A stretch of 64,000 nucleotides of DNA, taken from the NCBI GenBank assembly GCA_964016885.1, contig OZ024742.1, positions 378,634,001 to 378,698,000 on the forward strand. Direction: 5' to 3'. The notes under the pieces were generated by a model. The model worked only from the letters and a program-made list of their open reading frames with translations, made no database searches and was not told where the DNA came from. Position 1 is the first letter of the stretch. Each line of letters begins with the position of its first letter. Origin of the DNA: Eledone cirrhosa (Eukaryota). The position numbers and the translations under genes were made by a program. This document shows, one piece after another, positions 56,037 through 64,000 of the stretch.

Positions 56037-59000
56037 AATGTTGTGGTCATTTGTAGTCTATTGTAGCACTGAGCAGTCTATTGTATTAATGTTGTGGTCA
56101 TGTGTAGTCTATTGTAGCACTGAGCAGTCTATTTTATTAAAGTTGTGGTCATTTGTAGTCTGTTGTAGCACTGAGCAGTCTATTGTATTAATGTTGTGGT
56201 CATTTGTAGTCTATTGTAGCACTGAGCAGTGTATTGTATTAATGTTGTGGTCATTTGTAGCTCTATTGTAGCACTGAGCAGTCAACTATATCAATGTTGT
56301 GGTCATTTGTAGTCTATTGTAGCACTGAGCAGTGTATTGTATTAATGTTGTGATCATTTGTAGCTCTATTGTAGCACTGAGCAGTCTATTGTATCAATGT
56401 TGTGGTCATTTGTACTCTATTGTAGCACTGAGCAGTCTATTGTATTAATGTTGTGGTCATTTGTAGCTCTATTGTAGCACTGAGCAGTGTATTGTATTAA
56501 TGTTGTGGTCATTTGTAGTCTATTGTAGCACTGAGCAGTCTATTTTATTAATGTTGTAGTAATGTGTAGTCTATTGTAGCACTGAGCAGTCTATTGTATT
56601 AATGTTGTGGTCATGTGTAGTCTATTGTAGCACTGAGCAGTCTATTTTATTAAAGTTGTGGTCATTTGTAGTCTATTGTAGCACTGAGCAGTCTATTTTA
56701 TTAATGTTGTAGTAATGTGTAGTCTATTGTAGCACTGAGCAGTCTATTGTATCAATGTTGTGGTCATTTGTAGCTCGATTGTAGCACTGAGCAGTATATT
56801 GTATTAATATTGTGGTCATTTGTAGTCTATTGTAGCACTGAGCAGTCTATTGTATTAATGTTGTGGTCATTTGTAGCTCTATTGTAGCACTGAGCAGTCT
56901 ATTGTATTAATGTTGTGGTCATTTGTAGTCTATTGTAGCACTGAGCAGTCTATTGTATTAATGTTGTGGTCATTTGTAGTCTTTTGTAGCACTGAGCAGT
57001 CTATTGTATTAATGTTGTGGGCATTTGTAGCTCTATTGTAGCACTGAGCAGTCTATTGTATCAATGTTGTGGTCATTTTAGTCTATTGTAGCACTGTGCA
57101 GTCTATTGTATTAATGTTGAGGTCATTTGTAGCTCTATTGTAGCACTGAGCAGTGTATTTTATTAATGTTGTGGTCATTTGTAGCTCTATTGTAGCACTG
57201 AGCAGTCTACTGTATTAATGCTGTGGTCATTTGTAGTCTATTGTAGCACTGAGCAGACTATTGTATTAATGTTGTGGTCATTTGTAGCTCTATTGTAGCA
57301 CTGAGCAGTCTATATTATTAATGTTGTAATAATGTGTAGTCTATTGTAGCACTGAGCAGTCTATTGTATTAATAATGTGGTCATTTGTAGCTCGATTGTA
57401 GCACTGAGCAGTGTATTGTATTAATGTTGTGGTCATTTGTAGTCTATTGTAGCACTGAGCAGTCTATTGTATTAATGTTGTGGTCATTTGTAGTCTATTG
57501 TAGCACTGAGCAGTCTATTGTATTAATGTTGTGGTCATTTGTAGCTCTATTGTAGCACTGAGCAGTCTATTGTATTAATGGTGTGGTCATTTGTAGTCTA
57601 TGTGGTCATTTGTAGTCTATTGTAGCACTGAGCAGTCTATTGTATTAATGTTGTGGTCATTTGTAGCTCTATTGTAGCACTGAGCAGTCTATTGTATTAA
57701 TGTTGTGGTCATTTGTAGTCTATTGTAACACTGAGCAGTCTATTGTATTAATGTTGTGGTCAGTTGTAGTCTATTGTAGCACTGAGCAGACTATTGTATT
57801 AATGTTGTGGTCAATTGTAGTCTATTGTAGCACTGAGCAGTCTATTGTATTAGTGTTGTGCTCATTTGTAGCTCTATAGTAGCACTGAGCAGTCTATTGT
57901 ATTAATGTTGTGGTCAGTTGTAGTCTATTGTAGCACTGAGCAGTCTATTGTATTAATGTTGTGGTCATTTGTAGTCTATTGTAGCACCGAGCAGTCTATT
58001 GTGTTAATGTTGTGGTCATTTGTAGCTCTATTGTAGCACTGAGCAGTCTATTGTATTAATGTTGTGGTCATTTGTAGTCTATTGTAGCACTGAGCAGTCT
58101 ATTGTATTAATGTTGTGGTGATTTGTAGTCTAGTGTAGCACTGAGCAGTCTATTGTATTAATGTTATGGTCATTTGTAGTCTATTGTAGCACTGAACAGT
58201 CTATTGTATTAATGTTGTGGTCATTTGTAGTCTATTGTAGCACTGAGCAGTCTATTGTATTAATGTTGTGGTCATTTGTAGTCTATTGTAGCACTGGGCA
58301 TTCTATTGTATTAGTGTTGTGGTCATTTGTAGCTCTATTGTAGCACTGAGCAGTCTATTGTATTAATGTTGTGGTCAGTTGTAGTCTATTGTAGCACTGA
58401 GCAGTCTATTGTATTAATGTTGTGGTCGTTTGTAGTCTATTGTAGCACTGAGCAGTCTATTGTATTAATGTTGTGATCATTTGTAGTCTATTGTAGCACT
58501 GAGCAGTCTATTGTATTAATGTTGTGGTCAGTTGTAGTCTATTGTAGCACTGAGCAGTCTATTGTATTAATGTTGTGTTCATTTGTAGCTCTATTGTAGC
58601 ACTGAGCAGTCTATTGTATTAATGTTGTGGTCAGTTGTATTCTATTGTAGCACTGAGCAGACTATTGTATTAATGTTGTGGTCAATTGTAGTCTATTGTA
58701 GCACTGAGCAGTGTATTGTATTTGTGTTGTGGTCATTAGTAGCTCTATAGTAGCCCTGAGCAGTCTATTGTATTAATGTTGTGGTCAGTTGTAGTCTATT
58801 GTAGCACTGAGCAGTCTATTGTATTAATGTTGTGGTCATTTGTAGTCTATTGTAGCACTGAGCAGACTATTGTATTAATGTTGTGGTCATTTGTAGTCTA
58901 TTGTAGCACAGAGCAGTCTATTTTATTAATGTTGTGGTCATTTGTAGCTCTATTGTAGCACTGAGCATTGTATTGTATTAATGTTGTGGTCATTTGTAGT

Positions 59001-62000
59001 CTATTGTAGCACTGAGCAGTCTATTGTATTAATGTCATGGTCATTTGAAGTCTATTGTAGCACTGAGCAGTCTATTGTATTAATGTTGTGGACATTTGTA
59101 GCTCTATTGTAGCACTGAGCAGTCTATTGTATTAATGTTGTGGCCATTTGTAGTCTATTGTAGCACTGAGCAGTCTATTGTATTAATGTTGTGGTCATTT
59201 GTAGTCTATTGTAGCACTGAGCAGTCTATTGTATTAATGTTGTGTTCATTTGTAGTCTATTGTAGCACTGAGCATGGTATTGTATTAATGTTGTGGTCAT
59301 TTGTAATCTATTGTAGCACTGAGCAGTCTATTGTATTAATGTTGTCGTCATTTGTAGTCTATTGTAGCACTGAGCAGTCTATTGTATTAGTGTTGTGGTC
59401 ATTTGTAGCTCTATTGTATCACTGAGCAGTCTATTGTATTAATGTTGTGGTCATGTGTAGTCTATTGTAGCACTGAGCAGTCTATTATATTAATGTTGTG
59501 GTCATGTGTAGTCTATTGTAGCACTGAGCAGTCTATTGTATTAGTGTTGTGGTCATTTGTAGCTCTATTGTAGCACTGAGCAGTCTATTGTATTAATGTT
59601 GTGGTCAGTTGTAGTCTATTGTAGCACTGAGCAGTCTATTGTATTAATGTTGTTGTCATTTGTAGCTCTATTGTAGCACTGAGCAGTCTATTGTATTAAT
59701 GTTGTGGTCATTTGTAGCTCTATTGTAGCAATGAGCATTGTATTGTATTAATGTTGTGGTCATTTGTAGTCTATCGTAGCACTGAGCAGTCTATTGTATT
59801 AATGTTGTGGTCATTTGTAGCTGTATTGTAGCACTGAGCAGTCTATTGTATTAATGTTGTGGTCATTTGTAGCTCTATTGTAGCACTGAGCAGTCTATTG
59901 TATTAATGTTGTGGTCATTTGTAGTCTATTGTAGCACTGAGCAGTCTATTGTATTAATGTTGTGGTCATTTGTAATTTATTGTAGCACTGAGCAGACTAT
60001 TGTATTAATGTTGTGGTCATTTGTAGTCTATCGTAGCACTGAGCAGTCTATTTTAGTAATGTTGTGGTCATTTGTATCTCTATTGTAGCACTGAGCATTG
60101 TATTGTATTAATGTTGTGGTCATTTGTAGTCTATTGTAGCACTGAGCAGTCTATTTTATTAATGTTGTGTTCATTTGTAGCTCTATTGTAGCACTGAGCA
60201 GTCTATTGTATTAATGTTGTGGTCAGTTGTAGTCTATTGTAGCACTGAGCAGTCTATTGTATTAATGTTGTGGTCAGTTGTATTCTATTGTAGCACTGAG
60301 CAGACTATTGTATTAATGTTGTGGTCAATTGTAGTCTATTGTAGCACTGAGCAGTCTATTGTATTAGTGTTGTGGTCATTAGTAGCTCTATAGTAGCCCT
60401 GAGCAGTCTATTGTATTAATGTTGTGGTCAGTTGTAGTCTATTGTAGCACTGAGCAGTCTATTGTATTAATGTTGTGGTCATTTGTAGTCTATTGTAGCA
60501 CTGAGCAGACTATTGTATTAATGTTGTGGTGATTTGTAGTCTATTGTAGCACTGAGCAGTCTATTTTATTAATGTTGTGGTCATTTGTAGCTCTATTGTA
60601 GCACTGAGCATTGTATTGTATTAATGTTGTGGTCATTTGTAGTCTATTGTAGCACTGAGCAGTCTATTGTATTAATGTCATGGTCATTTGAAGTCTATTG
60701 TAGCACTGAGCAGTCTATTGTATTAATGTTGTGGACATTTGTAGCTCTATAGTAGCACTGAGCAGTCTATTGTATTAATGTTGTGGCCATTTGTAGTCTA
60801 TTGTAGCACTGAGTAGTCTATTGTATTAATGTTGTGGTCATTTGTAGTCTATTGTAGCACTGAGCAGTCTATTGTATTAATGTTGTGTTCATTTGTAGTC
60901 TATTGTAGCACTGAGCAGTCTATTATATTAATGTTGTGGTCATTTGTAGCTCTATTGTAGCACTGAGCAGTCTATTGTATTAATGTTGTCGTCATTTGTA
61001 GTCTATTGTAGCACTGAGCAGTCTATTGTATTAATGTTGTGGTCATGTGTAGTCTATTGTAGCACTGAGCAGTCTATTATATTAATGTTGTGGTCATTTG
61101 TAGTCTATTGTAGCACTGAGCAGTCTATTGTATTAGTGTTGTGGTCATTTGTAGCTCTATTGTAGCACTGAGCAGTCTATTGTATTAATGTTGTTGTCAT
61201 TTGTAGCTCTATTGTAGCACTGAGCAGTCTATTGTATTAATGTTGTGGTCATTTGTAGTCTATTGTAGCACTGAGCAGTCTATTGTATTAGTGTTGTGGT
61301 CATTTGTATCTCTATTGTAGCACTGAGCAGTCTATTGTATTAATGTTGTTGTCATTTGTAGCTCTATTGTAGCACTGAGCAGTCTATTGTATTAATGTTG
61401 TGGTCATTTGTAGCTCTATTGTAGCAATGAGCATTGTATTGTATTAATGTTGTGGTCATTTGTAGTCTATCGTAGCACTGAGCAGTCTATTGTATTAATG
61501 TTGTGGTCATTTGTAGCTCTATTGTAGCACTGAGCAGTCTATTGTATTAATGTTGTGGTCTTTTGTAGTCTATTGTAGCACTGAGCAGTCTATTCTATTA
61601 ATGTTGTGGTCATTTGTAATTTATTGTAGCACTGAGCAGACTATTGTATTAATGTTGTGGTCATTTGTAGTCTATCGTAGCACTGAGCAGTCTATTTTAT
61701 TAATGTTGTGGTCATTTGTATCTCTATTGTAGCACTGAGCATTGTATTGTATTAATGTTGTGGTCATTTGTAGTCTATTGTAGCACTGAGCAGTCTATTA
61801 TATTAATGTTGTGGTCATTTGTTGTCTATTGTAGCACTGAGCAGTCTATTGTATTAATGTTGTGGTCATTTGTAGTCTAATGTAGCACTGAGCAGTCTAT
61901 TGTATTAATGTTGTGGTCATTTATAGTCTATGTGGTCATTTGCAGTCTATTGTAGCACTGAGCAGTCTATTGTATTAATGTTGTGGTCATTTGTAGCTCT

Positions 62001-64000
62001 ATTGTAGCACTGAGCAGTCTATTGTATTAATGTTGTGTTCATTTGTTGTCTATTGTAGCACTGAGCAGTCTATTGTATTATTACTGTGGTCATTTGTAGT
62101 GTAATGTAGCACTGAGCAGTCTATTGTATTAATGCTGTGGACATTTGTAGTCTATTGTAGCACTGAGCAGTCTATTGTATTAATATTGTGGTCATTTGTA
62201 GTCTATTGTAGCACTGAGCAGTCTATTGTATTAATGTTGTGGTCATTTGTAGTCTATTGTAGCACTGAGCAGTCTATTGTTTTAATGTTGTGGTCATTTG
62301 TAGATCTATTGTAGCATTCAGCAGTCTATTGTATTAATGTTGTGGTCATTTGTAGCTCTATTGTAGCATTGAGCAGTCTATTGTATTAATGTTGTGGTCA
62401 GTTGTATTCTATTGTAGCACTGAGCAGACTATTGTATTAATGCTGTGGTCATTTGTAGCTCTATTGTAGCACTGAGCAGTCTATTGTATTAATGTTGTGG
62501 TCATTTGTAGCTCTATTGTAGCACTGAGCAGTCTATTGTATTAATGTTGTGGTCAGTTGTAGTCTATTGTAGCACTGAGCAGACTATTGTATTAATGTTG
62601 TGGTCAATTGTAGTCTATTGTAGCACTGAGCAGTCGATTGTATTAGTGTTGTGGTCATTTGTAGCTCTATAGTAGCACTGCGCAGTCTATTGTATTAATG
62701 TTGTGGTCAGTTGTAGTCTATTGTAGCACTGAGCAGTCTATTGTATTAATGTTGTGGTCATTTGTAGTCTATTGTAGCACCGAGCAGTCTATTTATTAAT
62801 GTTGTGGTCATTTGTAGCTCTATTGTAGCACTGAGCAGTCTATTGTATTAATGTTGTGGTCATTTGTAGTCTATTGTAGCACTGAGCAGTCTATTGTATT
62901 AATGTTATGTTCATTTGTAGTCTATTGTAGCACTGAGCAGTCTATTGTATTAATGTTGTGGTCATTTGTAGTCTATTGTAGCACTGAGCAGTCTATTGTA
63001 TTAATGTTGTGGTCATTTGTAGTCTATTGTAGCACTGGGCATTGTATTGTATTAATGTTGTGGTCATTTGTAGCTCTATTGTAGCACTGAGCAGTCTATT
63101 ATATTAATGTTGTGGTCATTTGTAGTCTATTGTAGCACTGAGCAGTCTATTGTATTAGTGTTGTGGTCATTTGTAGCTCTATTGTAGCACTGAGCAGTCT
63201 ATTGTATTAATGTTGTGGTCAGTTGTAGTCTATTGTAGCACTGAGCAGTCTATTGTATTAGTGTTGTTGTCATTTGTAGCTCTATTGTAGCACTGAGCAG
63301 TCTCTTGTATTAATGTTGTGGTCATTTGTAGCTCTATTGTAGCAATGAGCATTGTATTGTATTAATGTTGTGGTCATTTGTAGACTATCGTAGCACTGAG
63401 CAGTCTATTGTATTAATGTTGTGGTCATTTGTAGCTCTATTGTAGCACTGAGCAGTCTATTGTATTAATGTTGTGGTCATTTGTAGCTCTATTGTAGCAC
63501 TGAGCAGTCTATTGTATTAATGTTGTGGTCATTTGTAGTCTATTGTAGCACTGAGCAGTCTATTGTATTAATGTTGTGGTCATTTGTAGTTTATTGTAGC
63601 ACTGAGCAGACTATTGTATTAATATTGTGGTCATTTGTAGTCTATTGTAGCACTGAGCAGTCTATTTTATTAATGTTGTGGTCATTTGTATCTCTATTGT
63701 AGCACTGAGCATTGCATTGTATTAATGTTGTGGTCATTTGTAGTCTATTGTAGCACTGAGCAGTCTATTATATTAATGTTGTGGTCATTTGTTGTCTATT
63801 GTAGCACTGAGCAGTCTATTGTATTAATGTTGTGGTCATTTGTATTCTAATGTAGCACTGAGCAGTCTATTGTATTAATGCTGTGGAGATTTGTAGTCTA
63901 TTGTAGCACTGAGCAGTCTATTGTATTAATATTGTGGTCATTTGTAGTCTATTGTAGCACTGAGCAGTCTATTGTATTAATGTTGTGGTCATTTGTAGCT

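Larger units (their letters stand above)
1..64000. repeat. Satellite DNA tandem array, 51/52-bp monomer (consensus ATGTTGTGGTCATTTGTAGTCTATTGTAGCACTGAGCAGTCTATTGTATTA), about 1,245 head-to-tail copies, running off both window edges
   Basis: Read directly: the unit recurs every 51 or 52 bp from base 1 to 64000, usually with 0-3 substitutions per copy and no unique intervening sequence. The copy number is 64000 divided by ~51.3. Confidence 0.99.

Noticed and set aside
398-63702. About 80 plus-strand ORFs encoding (MLWSFVVYCSTEQSIVL)n, superficially a hydrophobic repeat or membrane peptide family
   Set aside because: The 51-bp monomer is 17 codons with one stop-free frame. ORFs are simply runs of 51-bp monomers ended by the frameshifting 52-bp monomer or by nonsense variants (TGA, TAA, TAG). 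There is no unique leader, no visible synonymous bias, and none exceeds 111 aa.
1-64000. CRISPR array or variable-cassette (DGR or antigenic variation) system
   Set aside because: There are no unique spacers and all parts of the unit are similarly conserved. No cas, reverse transcriptase or recombinase gene is present.
1-64000. Programmed frameshifting or stop-codon recoding yielding one giant repeat protein
   Set aside because: It would need hundreds of irregular frameshifts plus read-through of scattered in-frame stops. No slippery site or other supporting evidence is present.
1-64000. Telomeric repeat, G-quadruplex array or tandem tRNA/5S/spliced-leader gene array
   Set aside because: The strand is G/T-rich but has no canonical telomere motif and no GGG tracts in the consensus. 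There is no cloverleaf, Pol III box or recognisable RNA-gene similarity in the 51-bp unit.

Overview
The whole 64 kb window is one uninterrupted, head-to-tail satellite DNA array of about 1,245 monomers, all in the same orientation. The 51-bp consensus is ATGTTGTGGTCATTTGTAGTCTATTGTAGCACTGAGCAGTCTATTGTATTA (35% GC; T22/G12/A11/C6). Roughly 30% of monomers are 52 bp because of a one-base insertion at a fixed site (GTAG^TCTA). I see no genes, RNA genes, transposon insertions, inversions or CRISPR spacers. The ORF track is an artefact: the 51-bp unit is 17 codons long and one of its six frames has no stop. The interesting content is structural. The monomer is built from five ~10-bp subunits in helical phase. 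Diagnostic variants occur in a conserved order, forming irregular higher-order repeats with a local 13/15-mer. There are nested tandem segmental duplications with offsets of about 1.4, 2.0, 2.5, 2.6, 3.9, 4.1, 5.2-5.6, 5.9-6.2 and 15.4 kb, a 19-bp slippage marker, and a diverged subfamily island. Rare CpG variants repeatedly appear as TpG/CpA in paralogous copies, which suggests a methylating eukaryotic host. I cannot assign the satellite family or species, and the sequence does not support a novel gene-encoded system. All alignments were made by eye, so breakpoints are approximate.
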